Shown here: positions 28,721 to 38,100 of the stretch, in pieces
Position numbering within the stretch: position 1 is the stretch's first letter
How the letters are laid out: each line of letters begins with the position of its first letter
Assembly (NCBI GenBank): GCA_934446365.1
Contig: CAKSDZ010000005.1
Coordinates: 9,685-73,684 of the forward strand
Reading direction: 5' to 3'
Origin: an uncultured Eubacteriales bacterium
GTDB taxonomy: Bacteria > Bacillota > Clostridia > Oscillospirales > CAG-272
Length of the DNA: 64,000 nucleotides
The notes under the pieces: generated by a model
What the model was told of the DNA's origin: nothing
What the model saw: the letters and a program-made list of their open reading frames with translations, nothing else
The model's database searches: none
Made by a program: the position numbers and the translations under genes

Positions 28721-29500
28721 ATGTATTTTTGCGGAAAAAGCGACGTCGGCATGCGTCGGCAGATCAATCAGGACAGTTTCCGCTGCATCAGCATTTGGGG
28801 CGGCGACGCCGTACTGCTCGTCGTGTGCGACGGTATGGGCGGACATAAGGCGGGAGAGATCGCGAGCAAAAACGCCGTCGAGGTTTTTTGCAGCAAAATC
28901 ATCGCCTCTCCCTGCCTCGAAGAAAAACCCGACCGAATCCTCGAATTTATCCGTTATACGCTCGTCTGTGCCGCCTCCGAAGCCAATTCGGTGATCTTCC
29001 ATCTATCCAACCAGTATGACGAGTATCACGGAATGGGGACGACGCTTGTCGCGGCGATCCTCTTTAAGGGCTGGTTTTACGCCATCAACATCGGGGACAG
29101 CCGTCTTTATATCGTGACAAGATATGAGGCAAAGCAAGTCACAAAGGACCATTCCTTTGTCCAGTACTTAATCGACAACGGCAAACTGACGCCGGACGAA
29201 GCAAAATATTATCCGCGCAAAAATGTAATTACCCGTGCGGTCGGTGTCGGAGAAAAGCTCGACGTCGATTTTTTCAGCGCGCCGCTTGAACCGTGGGAAA
29301 GCGGCTATCTGCTTCTCTGCTCGGACGGACTCTCCAACTATGCGGACAACAAAATTCTTGTCGATATCCTATATGGCTCCATGTCCCGTTCCCGCTCCTC
29401 TCCGGAGATCGATCTATCCAAAAAAGCCGATATGCTCATCGCATATGCCAACGCCAAAGGCGGCGCCGACAACATCACCGCCGTTCTCGCCAAATTCTGA
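28721..29500 (+). CDS. PP2C-family Ser/Thr protein phosphatase (Stp/PrpC)
   Basis: 259 aa. RRQINQDSF, VCDGMGGH, LLLCSDGLSN, GGADNITAV. Confidence 0.88.
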   Translation: MYFCGKSDVGMRRQINQDSFRCISIWGGDAVLLVVCDGMGGHKAGEIASKNAVEVFCSKIIASPCLEEKPDRILEFIRYTLVCAASEANSVIFHLSNQYDEYHGMGTTLVAAILFKGWFYAINIGDSRLYIVTRYEAKQVTKDHSFVQYLIDNGKLTPDEAKYYPRKNVITRAVGVGEKLDVDFFSAPLEPWESGYLLLCSDGLSNYADNKILVDILYGSMSRSRSSPEIDLSKKADMLIAYANAKGGADNITAVLAKF

Positions 29501-29519
29501 GCATCGAGAGGGAAAGAAA

Positions 29520-30737
29520 ATGGACGTTTTCAAAAAAAATATCGGTGAGGTCTTCGACGGACGATACAAAATCAACCGCACCATCGGCGTCGGCGGAATG
29601 GCAATCGTCTATGAGGCCACCGATCTCATGACAAATAAGCGCGTCGCGCTCAAAATGCTCAAAGATTCCATCTCCGATAACACACAGGCGCTGCGCCGCT
29701 TTATCAACGAATCCAAGGCTGTCGCGATGCTGAATCATCCGAATATCGTGAAAATTCTCGATGTATCGGTCAAAACCGACCACAAATTCATCGTGATGGA
29801 ATATATCAGCGGCATCACGCTTCGCGAATATATGAACCGCAAGGGCGCACTTGACTGGCGGGAGGCGACGGAGTTCATCTCCCAGATTTTGCTTGCCCTC
29901 GACCACGCCCATATGAAAGGCGTCATTCACAGGGATATCAAGCCGCAGAACATCATGGTCATGGAAGGCGGTGTGATTAAAGTCGCGGATTTCGGAATCG
30001 CGAAAATTCCGAATGCGGAAACGGTCACAATGGTCGATCATGCCATCGGAACGATCTACTATATCAGTCCGGAGCAGGCCAAGGGCAAAAAAATCGACGA
30101 GAGAAGCGATATTTACTCCCTCGGCGTCATGTTCTATGAAATGGTGACGGGCAGGCTCCCGTTTCTCGCGGAAAATTCCTATGGAATCATGCTCAAACAC
30201 ATCAGCGACACGCCGATTCCGCCGACAAGGCTGAATCCGAGGCTCCCGCTCGGCATCGAGCAAATCATCCTCTGCGCGATGGAAAAGGATGTCGTAAACC
30301 GATATCAGAGCGCTTCTCAAATGCTTCGCCATATCTACCGAATCAAAAAGGATCCGACGACCATTTTCCAGAAGCAGACTCCCGCACCCCGCACCCCGAC
30401 GGCGGAGGTTGCAATCAAACGCACCACGGTATTTCCGGACGAGCAGGAGCAAAACGCAGGACGTACATCAAGACCGAATCCCGCGCCTCAGCCCAAACGG
30501 CAGAGCGCCGCTCCGGTAAGAAAGAAAAAACGGTCGCCGGAATATGTCCCGTTCTCCGTTGTCATCGTCATCTGCATCGCGTTTCTGGTTCTTGCCATCA
30601 TCGGATTTGTGATTCTTTTCAATACACTCTATAACGGCAAGCTTGCACAAATCGCACTTCCCCTTGCCGATATGGAACAGATTAAAATTTCGTTCCGTAC
30701 CATAGTCACGGAAACGGTCGGATTTCTGCGCCTATGA
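29520..30737 (+). CDS. Ser/Thr protein kinase (PknB/PrkC-like) with one TM and no PASTA repeats
   Basis: The track ORF (29235) overlaps stp. The real start is the ATG at 29520 (MDVFKKNIGEVFDGRYKI). Kinase motifs GVGGMAIVY, HRDIKPQN, DFGIA, SPEQ. A TM helix (VVIVICIAFLVLAIIGFVILF) is followed by only ~38 aa. Confidence 0.88.
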   Translation: MDVFKKNIGEVFDGRYKINRTIGVGGMAIVYEATDLMTNKRVALKMLKDSISDNTQALRRFINESKAVAMLNHPNIVKILDVSVKTDHKFIVMEYISGITLREYMNRKGALDWREATEFISQILLALDHAHMKGVIHRDIKPQNIMVMEGGVIKVADFGIAKIPNAETVTMVDHAIGTIYYISPEQAKGKKIDERSDIYSLGVMFYEMVTGRLPFLAENSYGIMLKHISDTPIPPTRLNPRLPLGIEQIILCAMEKDVVNRYQSASQMLRHIYRIKKDPTTIFQKQTPAPRTPTAEVAIKRTTVFPDEQEQNAGRTSRPNPAPQPKRQSAAPVRKKKRSPEYVPFSVVIVICIAFLVLAIIGFVILFNTLYNGKLAQIALPLADMEQIKISFRTIVTETVGFLRL

Positions 30738-31666
30738 CTGAAAGAACAGAAGGGATTATTTTGTCCGGCGTCGGCGGACTTTATACGGTCAAGACCGACG
30801 CGGGCGATACCGTTGGCTGCCGTGCAAGAGGCGCTTTCCGCCGCGAAGGCCGGTCGCCGCTTGCCGGCGACCGCGTAGCCGTGCGTCCTCCGGAGCATCC
30901 CGGCGAAGAGGCTTTTATTGAGGAAATCCGTCCGCGGAAAAATGCCTTGATTCGTCCTCCGATCGCGAATTTAGATACGCTTTTCGTCGCCTTTGCGCCG
31001 AAACAGCCGGAACCGAGCACGCTGTATCTCGATAAGCTGCTCTCCATCGCGGTATATGAAAAAATAAAGCCCGTCGTCGTCGTCACCAAAAGCGACGTTT
31101 CGCCGGAGCTTGCGGAAAAATATGCGGAAATCTATCATAAGACAGGCTTTCCCGTTTTCGTCTGCTCCTCGGCGGACGGCACGGGAATCGTCCCACTGCA
31201 AGGCTTCCTATCCGAGGCAACCGGCATCTGTGCGTTTGCAGGGGCTTCCGGCGTCGGGAAATCAACGCTTATGAACGCACTTTTTCCGTCGCTTTCCCTT
31301 GATACCGGCAGACTTTCCGAAAAGATCGCCCGCGGACGCCACACCACGCGCAGCGTCACGCTGTATCCGATGCGGGAGCTTTCGGGCACAGGAGAAAATG
31401 CATATGTCGCGGACACCCCCGGCTTCTCCATGCTGGATTTTATTGAATTCGACTTTTATACGGTGGAGGACCTTCCGTACTGCTTTCCGGAATTTGAAAA
31501 ATATTTGGGCGGATGCCGCTACTCGGACTGCTCCCACACCAAGGAAACGGACTGCGCCGTCATAGAAGCGGTCGCGCGCGGAGAAATCGCAAAAGAGAGG
31601 CATGACAGCTATCTTTCCATTTATGCGGACCTTGTGAGAAAACGCCCGTGGAATAAAAAATCATAA
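30734..31666 (+). CDS. rsgA: Ribosome small-subunit-dependent GTPase A
   Basis: 310 aa. Circularly permuted GTPase (VTKSD ... GASGVGKSTL) and a zinc knuckle CRYSDCSH. ATGA overlap with the kinase gene. Confidence 0.9.
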   Translation: MTERTEGIILSGVGGLYTVKTDAGDTVGCRARGAFRREGRSPLAGDRVAVRPPEHPGEEAFIEEIRPRKNALIRPPIANLDTLFVAFAPKQPEPSTLYLDKLLSIAVYEKIKPVVVVTKSDVSPELAEKYAEIYHKTGFPVFVCSSADGTGIVPLQGFLSEATGICAFAGASGVGKSTLMNALFPSLSLDTGRLSEKIARGRHTTRSVTLYPMRELSGTGENAYVADTPGFSMLDFIEFDFYTVEDLPYCFPEFEKYLGGCRYSDCSHTKETDCAVIEAVARGEIAKERHDSYLSIYADLVRKRPWNKKS

Positions 31667-31710
31667 AGGCTCACGAGAGGCTTTGCAAACCGCCTCCGTG
31701 AGCCTTTTCT
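31666..31710. terminator. Bidirectional hairpin terminator
   Basis: aaaggctcacg...cgtgagccttt long stem, between convergent rsgA and the DUF3267 gene. Confidence 0.55.
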
Positions 31711-32303
31711 CATTCTTTTTCAAATGCCCAAAAGCCGCACTCCGTCGGATGATCGATGATAACGGCATGTCTATGTTTTAACAGGATACAAGCGATTGTC
31801 GTATCGCCGCCGGCAGATAGGATATTATATAAACTACACAGCAAAAGCATTTCACTTTTCGCGAATAAAGCCGCCAAAAACAATCCGAGTCCGAGAACCA
31901 AAAACGGCATCAGGCTGCCGAGAAGATATTTTCCGAAGGTCAAAGGCTTCATGCAGCAACAAAATGGCGTCAATTTCTCCCACATGACGCCGATATGAAT
32001 ATCCCGCCAGCCGTTTTCCGAAAAGCGCGACCATGTGAGGCCATGCAGTCCCTCATGGATAAAGATCGATGCAATGAAAATGAGAAGCACGACAAAAAGC
32101 TCCCATGCGTCAAATCGAAAGGATATTCCGCCGTTTACAAAAAAGAAAACGACCGCGCACAAAACGGCAACAGGACCGGCCGTCACAAACGCCATCACAT
32201 TGGCCCGAAGCACAGAAATGGTGCATTCTCGTCCGACGTAGCCCTCTTCCTCCATTCTTTCCTTTGTCTGCCGGAAACGTTCTGTTCGCTGTTTATCGTC
32301 CAT
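31710..32303 (-). CDS. DUF3267-family putative membrane zinc metallopeptidase
   Basis: 197 aa. TM helices and an HExxH-type motif in FIHEGLHGLTW. Confidence 0.7.
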   Translation of the reverse strand: MDDKQRTERFRQTKERMEEEGYVGRECTISVLRANVMAFVTAGPVAVLCAVVFFFVNGGISFRFDAWELFVVLLIFIASIFIHEGLHGLTWSRFSENGWRDIHIGVMWEKLTPFCCCMKPLTFGKYLLGSLMPFLVLGLGLFLAALFAKSEMLLLCSLYNILSAGGDTTIACILLKHRHAVIIDHPTECGFWAFEKE

Positions 32304-32336
32304 GCTGTCCTCCTATTCTTATAAAACTAAGACGGT

Positions 32337-33062
32337 TCAATCCGGCTTCCGGCTTTTTTCCGATGCGTCTCCCTGCCGCACCGAAGCCATAAGCCTTGCC
32401 GTCCGACCGGCACTGAATACGGCAACCAGAAAGCCGATACCATCAATAACATACTCGATTCCGAGCGCGAGAAAATTTTCCGCGACATATTCGCCGGACA
32501 AAACGAACATGATCGTAGAAAGCACCGCGAGCGCCGCAAAAAAGATCAGCATGGCAAGGCCGACCGGATTTTTCGGAGATATCATTTTCGACGTGTTCTC
32601 CGGTTTTTCCTTCAATATCCATTTATAAAACGCACGTTCCAGCCAAATGATAATCAGAGCGATTCCTGTATACATCAGAAGATACAAAGAAGTTTCCATA
32701 TCATCTTCATAATAGCTGAGCATCTCCACAACCGTCGCCGTCGACAGAAAGCAGAAATGCCGAACGACATACTGCAACAATGGCTGAATAAAGGCGATAA
32801 GCAAAAAAGCGATAGACAAGAGGACTGCTTTTCCCGGCTTCTCAAAAAAGACAAAGTAAGCGGCAGCACCGATAGCTGCAAAAACCGAAAGCATGATAAT
32901 ATAAGAGGCAAGCACGTTGGGAAGCGCGCAAAGCCACTCCGAAACCCAATACCATTCATAATATTGATTGCTGAATAGACAGTATAAAGCGGTCAAAAGC
33001 AAGGCTATGCCAAGCGGAATCAGCACAACAAAGAGAAACATTTTAAAAATCGCTTTTTTCAA
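32337..33062 (-). CDS. Hypothetical polytopic membrane protein (~6 TM)
   Basis: 241 aa, strongly hydrophobic segments throughout. No family recognised. Confidence 0.55.
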   Translation of the reverse strand: MKKAIFKMFLFVVLIPLGIALLLTALYCLFSNQYYEWYWVSEWLCALPNVLASYIIMLSVFAAIGAAAYFVFFEKPGKAVLLSIAFLLIAFIQPLLQYVVRHFCFLSTATVVEMLSYYEDDMETSLYLLMYTGIALIIIWLERAFYKWILKEKPENTSKMISPKNPVGLAMLIFFAALAVLSTIMFVLSGEYVAENFLALGIEYVIDGIGFLVAVFSAGRTARLMASVRQGDASEKSRKPD

Positions 33063-33168
33063 AATATTGTCCTCATTTCGGGTAAATTCTATTTGTCTCT
33101 ATTCTATCATTTTTCTCTGATAAAAGAAAGGGCTTTTTGTAAAAATTCTTGATTTTTCCGTTTTTGCA

Positions 33169-33197
33169 TTGACTTCCCCGACAGAAAGGACTATACT
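33169..33197 (+). promoter_or_regulatory. Sigma-70-type promoter
   Basis: TTGACT (33169-33174), 17-nt spacer, TATACT (33192-33197). Confidence 0.45.
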
Positions 33198-33230
33198 TTT
33201 GATGTTACAGAAAAATTGGAGGTATTGCAT

Positions 33231-34508
33231 ATGGATCTTAACGCGATTATCCGTTCCCTCGATGGATGCCCGTGCGGCAGACCCCATCGCTTTGATTTAA
33301 AAACCTATGAAGCAGACCGAGGCCTTGTCCACAAGGTCGGCGAGATATTGGAAAACAGCGGCTTCCCGAAAAAGCTTTACGTGGTATCCGACGAAACCGC
33401 CATGCGCGTATCAGAGGGAATTTTAACCTCACTCGACCAGTGCGGATATCAATATGAGGTAAAAATTTACCCCGATATGCGCTACGCATATATGGCCACA
33501 TCCAATGAAATCATGGCGGCCTCGGCTGATTTTGACGGGATTCTATCTATTGGAACAGGCTCGGTCAACGACGTATGCCGATACGCCGCCGCAAGAGCGA
33601 ACAAGGCGTTCGCTATCTTCGCGACCGCACCGTCCATGGATGGCTTTGCTTCGGATTCCGCACCGTTGATTGAAAACAATTTCAAAATTTCCTATCCCTG
33701 CCGCCAGCCGTCCGTCGTCATCGCCGATACCGATATTCTCGCCGCCTCGCCAACGGAGCTGAAAGCCGCCGGCTATGGCGATATCCTCGGCAAATATGTC
33801 GGAATCGTCGATTGGAAGGTTTCCCATTACACGACCGGTGAATATTATTGCGAAAATGTCGTTTCCCTCGTAAAAAAAGCGGTGGCGGATGTCGTCGCTA
33901 TGACGGACAAGGTAACCGCCTGCGATCCGGAAGCGGCACGTGCTATCATGGATTCCTTGATTTTGACCGGATGCGCCATGCAGCTTGCAAAATGTACAAG
34001 ACCGGCTTCCGGCTCAGAGCACGTCGTCTCTCATTTTTGGGAAATCCACAAGCTCGAAAAGGGCATTTGGCCTGACTACCACGGTAAAAAGGTCGGCATT
34101 GCAACGCTTCTTGTGACACGGATTTACAAAAAGCTCCTTGCCTATCAATCCATCAATCCGCACAAAGAAAGCTTAAATCTCGATGACGTTTTGGCGCATT
34201 ACAGTCCCAAAAACCGCGACGAAATCATCGGCTATAACGTGCCGAATCCGACGGATGATATCGATCCTGCCGTTTTAAAAGCCCGTTGGCCGGATATCCT
34301 TGAATCCATCGAACAGGACCTTCCCGATGCGGATATACTGCTTGACATGATGAAGCGTGCCGGCTGCGTTACCGAGCTTGCAGATGCCAATCTGACACCT
34401 GAATTTGCTTTGGAAGCGCTTCGTTACAGTCCTTATATGAGACGTCGGATCACGCTTCTCAGAATCCTCAATATGCTTGGCATTGAAGACGATATTTTAT
34501 CGCTTTAA
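33231..34508 (+). CDS. Iron-containing alcohol dehydrogenase superfamily protein, sn-glycerol-1-phosphate dehydrogenase (AraM/EgsA)-like
   Basis: GGAGG lies inside the first codons of the track ORF, so the ATG at 33231 is preferred. The GTGSVNDVCRY glycine-rich loop and GSEHVVSHFWE metal-site region are typical of G1PDH/DHQS-like dehydrogenases. Confidence 0.72.
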   Translation: MDLNAIIRSLDGCPCGRPHRFDLKTYEADRGLVHKVGEILENSGFPKKLYVVSDETAMRVSEGILTSLDQCGYQYEVKIYPDMRYAYMATSNEIMAASADFDGILSIGTGSVNDVCRYAAARANKAFAIFATAPSMDGFASDSAPLIENNFKISYPCRQPSVVIADTDILAASPTELKAAGYGDILGKYVGIVDWKVSHYTTGEYYCENVVSLVKKAVADVVAMTDKVTACDPEAARAIMDSLILTGCAMQLAKCTRPASGSEHVVSHFWEIHKLEKGIWPDYHGKKVGIATLLVTRIYKKLLAYQSINPHKESLNLDDVLAHYSPKNRDEIIGYNVPNPTDDIDPAVLKARWPDILESIEQDLPDADILLDMMKRAGCVTELADANLTPEFALEALRYSPYMRRRITLLRILNMLGIEDDILSL

Positions 34509-34523
34509 AACAATTTCCATTCA

Positions 34524-34570
34524 AAACAAGCCCTGTTTTCAATAGAAAACAGGGCTTGTTTTTCTGTTTT
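34524..34570 (+). terminator. Rho-independent terminator
   Basis: aaacaagccctgttttc-aata-gaaaacagggcttgttt followed by a T-run. Confidence 0.65.
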
Positions 34571-34719
34571 TCCGCATATTTTTCCCGCATTTATGAAATA
34601 CTTGTATATGACATCAAGTCAATATGAAATTTCAAAAAATATCCAAGCTATGATCGAAATTTCATAAATTCTTCGCCTTTGAATGGGGCAGACACTGCTT
34701 CCGCAGTGAATGGAATATC

Positions 34720-35142
34720 ATGAAAAAATCAAAAAGAGATCTTATATTTTCAATTTTATCCGTGTTTTTGATTGCTTTTTTGATGTTTGCGGAAATTTCA
34801 AGCGGAATGGCTATATATGCGGATACTTTCAATAATAACGGAGCGATGCCGAACGAAAACAACGGCGGCATAGACGGCGATATCGACAACGGCATGCCCG
34901 GACTCGGAAATGGCAGCGATAACAACGGCAATGACAACTTGAACGGGACTGGAAATACCCCGGCTGATGGCAGTGACAATTCAGGAAACGATACCAACAC
35001 CAATACGGGCGATAAAAACACCGCCGGCATGGAGACATGGGGATGGATCCTTGCGGTTGTTGCTATCATTGTTATCATCGCAATTATTATAGCAGCCACA
35101 TCAAAAAAGAAAAAAACAGATGAAAAAAGAGATGACTCCTAA
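34720..35142 (+). CDS. Hypothetical secreted/anchored low-complexity protein (signal peptide, N/G/D-rich region, C-terminal TM plus KKKK)
   Basis: 140 aa. N-terminal signal-like helix, GNGSDNNGNDNLNGTGN low-complexity core, and C-terminal WILAVVAIIVIIAIIIAATSKKKK. Confidence 0.5.
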   Translation: MKKSKRDLIFSILSVFLIAFLMFAEISSGMAIYADTFNNNGAMPNENNGGIDGDIDNGMPGLGNGSDNNGNDNLNGTGNTPADGSDNSGNDTNTNTGDKNTAGMETWGWILAVVAIIVIIAIIIAATSKKKKTDEKRDDS

Positions 35143-35161
35143 AAGGAGCCATCTCTTTTTT
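35131..35161. terminator. Bidirectional terminator between convergent genes
   Basis: gatgactcct-aaa-aggagccatc with T-runs on both strands. It serves the 34720 ORF and the SLH protein gene. Confidence 0.55.
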
Positions 35162-35183
35162 ATAATTAGGGAAATACTACTAA

Positions 35184-38100
35184 TTAACCGAGAATAAACT
35201 CATCGGAGAATACGCAGTACGTATCGCCAACCTTCACATAGTTGAATGTCAAGGTGGACGTCGGCTGCTGGAAGGAACCGGAACCGAGCTGTACATACAG
35301 ATAGTACGGCGAGTTCGGAACACCCCAGAATCTACCGTTGAAGTATCTGTCGAGCAGCGAGTTCTTTGCTTCTACCAGTTCAGCTTCGGTCTTATCAACC
35401 TCAGCCTTGTAGTAAGCGATTCTCTCTTCGCTGAGATATCCCTTAGCAAGAGCCTCTTCGTAAGCCTTAACAGCCTTGTCATAAGCTTCCTGCTGAGTCT
35501 TAATCTGAGCGTTGTAGGTCTCTCTTGTAGCAACTGTTACGCTGGTTGAATCGCCGGCCTTATAAAGAACGCTTGCATCCGCATTTCTGTAGAAGAACGC
35601 GAAGTCGTAATTCGTAACGTTGACATTCTTCACACCGTCGATCGTAGCATATGTGTTGCCCGCAGCGTCGGTCTTTGTGATCGTACCCTGCTTAGTGCCA
35701 AGAGGCTTCACTTCTACTTCAATCTTGTGTACCTGATCGTCTACTGCATAAGCAACCGTACCCTCAACCAAATAGTTCTTACCATTGCTCAAATAAATAT
35801 TGTTCCCCTCGGTGGTTGTAGAAACCAAAGTCGACAACTCAGGAACCAGACAACTTACAGTTCCCTTAGCTGTTCTTGTGAATCTGTAAACACCATAATT
35901 GGTCCAACCCGATGCTTTCGTATTTGTGTAATAGGTAAGTGATCCATCGTCGTTGACATAAATAAGCTCTGTTCCTTCCGGTACCTCATTATACGTTCCG
36001 GCCGGTGCATTGCCATACGGATTCTTACTGGTAAACGTTCTTTCAGTAACTTCTGTATCGGCAGAAACATAGAACTCAAAGACATTTCCAGTCCAGTTAC
36101 TACCGCTGTTATTACCTATCATTGTGATCTTCTGATAGCCGTCAAGGGAAACAACCGGCAAAGTCTCATATGTTATATCAGATGCATCCGACAAAATCTT
36201 GCCGTTTTCATCAATTCTATACCAGTGACCGCCAACAATCATCAAATCAATAGCCGCAGCTTTCGTTGCCTCTTCGTAAGTGGAATACTCACGATAGATA
36301 ACACCGATTTCCTCACCGGTCGGAAGCGCATAAGCGGATCTGTCGGAAACGACGAGCCAGCTCTTGCCATAAGCAGCCGCTCTGACAATGGCTTTCGCAT
36401 TGGAATCGAGGTAAACGAGCGTTCCTTCATCAGTCGGATCAGGTGTGACCGTACCGCTGCCATCGGTATAAGCCGCGGCCTTCTCACCAACAATAGCGAT
36501 TGCAGAAAGCTTGCCGTCTGTAACAACCGCATTCCAATCCGTCACAAAGAGACCGTCTGTAGAAACATTTGCAAGAGTCGTTGTCGTGGTGGTGAAACCA
36601 TCAGCCGAAGGAGTAACGATCACAACAGGTGTGGACGATGTAGCCGTATAGGTTGTACCGTCAAGTGTAACGGTGCTGAGACCCGGATACCAGCCTTCTG
36701 TCGTATCTCTGTCTGCTGCCGCATAGGTAAAGGTAGCATATTTGCCGACCTTATAAGTCGAGAAGAGAACTTCCGTACCGGAGGTATACTCGACTGCGAT
36801 TTCAGCAGATTCTTCGTCATACTTAACATCAGAATAAACGATGTTGCCCTTGTCGTCAGTCTTGTAAACAATTTCAGCCTTATCGATGAGCTGATATACA
36901 AGATTTGTCACATCATCAATATAGAAACCGTTTGCAATGGTATACTTTTCAAAATCAGCATCTGTGGTAGCTTTCAGCTGAGTAGAAACTGTACCGCTCT
37001 CACCGACATAAACAGGTGTCATGAGTGTCTTTGTCTTATCGATTACCGCGGTTGCAGAACCGGTAATGCCCGTGTATTCCACAACTCTTGTGAATTTCAG
37101 AACATACTCATAAGCTTTCTTTGTCGTATTATAAGTTCTCTCATAATACGGACCAAAGCCTACCGTGCCCTTATAATCAGCAGTATAGCTGCTCTTGTCG
37201 TCCGCATATACTCTCGAGCCTTCAACTTCCGTCAGGCTGATATTGTATCTGCCTTCAACATTGACCCAAGAACCTGCAGAAAGCGTGCTATTGTACTTCA
37301 AATACTTAGTAGCAGCATCCTGATATACGGTTACATAAATCAAATCTTCATCCGCATTTACTCTGCCATCTTCCATGCCATACGGATCAGCAAGCTTGCT
37401 GGAGAAGATCGCATTGTAAACTTCATAGTTCTGCCAGTCAAACATAGAAGAAGCATTCGCTCTGACTTCATATGTTGAAACGCCGGCAACTTTGCTCGAA
37501 GTGTATCTTGCGATCGAAACATTAAAGGTATTCTCACCTGTATCCGTCTTTGTGACACCGGTTACGAAACCGCTGACATTGGCAGAGGAATCCGTGCCGA
37601 GCATAACGATAACCTTGCTGTCCGAATCAACCGCAAACTGAACATATTTACCAGCCATCCAAGCCGCGGTTGCAGCTTTATAGCTGGGATCTTCGACGCC
37701 GGATACGATGCCGCTTGCAATAACTTCATCTTTCATCTGCGTCAAGAATGTGCACCAGTTGGAGCTGTCGAAAGTGTAATCCGCCGTAACGCCGTCAACC
37801 GTAACGGGAAGCGTCGTCTTCTCGGCAGGAGTAACCGGAATATAAACCGTCTTAGAGGTTCCATCCGTCTGTACGATCTTCGCAACATAATAGTTGTCGA
37901 GAGCGAACGCATCAACCTCCTCGATGACACCTACGCCGAACGTAGCAAGATCCACAACCTTATAGAAGTGAGGAGATGCGTTGCCATACGTGTCAGTGGC
38001 ACCGTCGATAAAGAAGTGCTTGTTAGAAGCTCTCAGAATCAGCTGCATTTTACCGGTTGCACTGTCTTTGAGCAGATAACCGTCGGTTCTGTAATCCGCA

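Noticed and set aside
29235-29519. N-terminal extension of the kinase ORF as given in the track (start at 29235).
   Set aside because: - It overlaps 266 nt of the stp coding sequence in another frame.
- The canonical kinase N-terminus MDVFKK..GRYKI begins at 29520.
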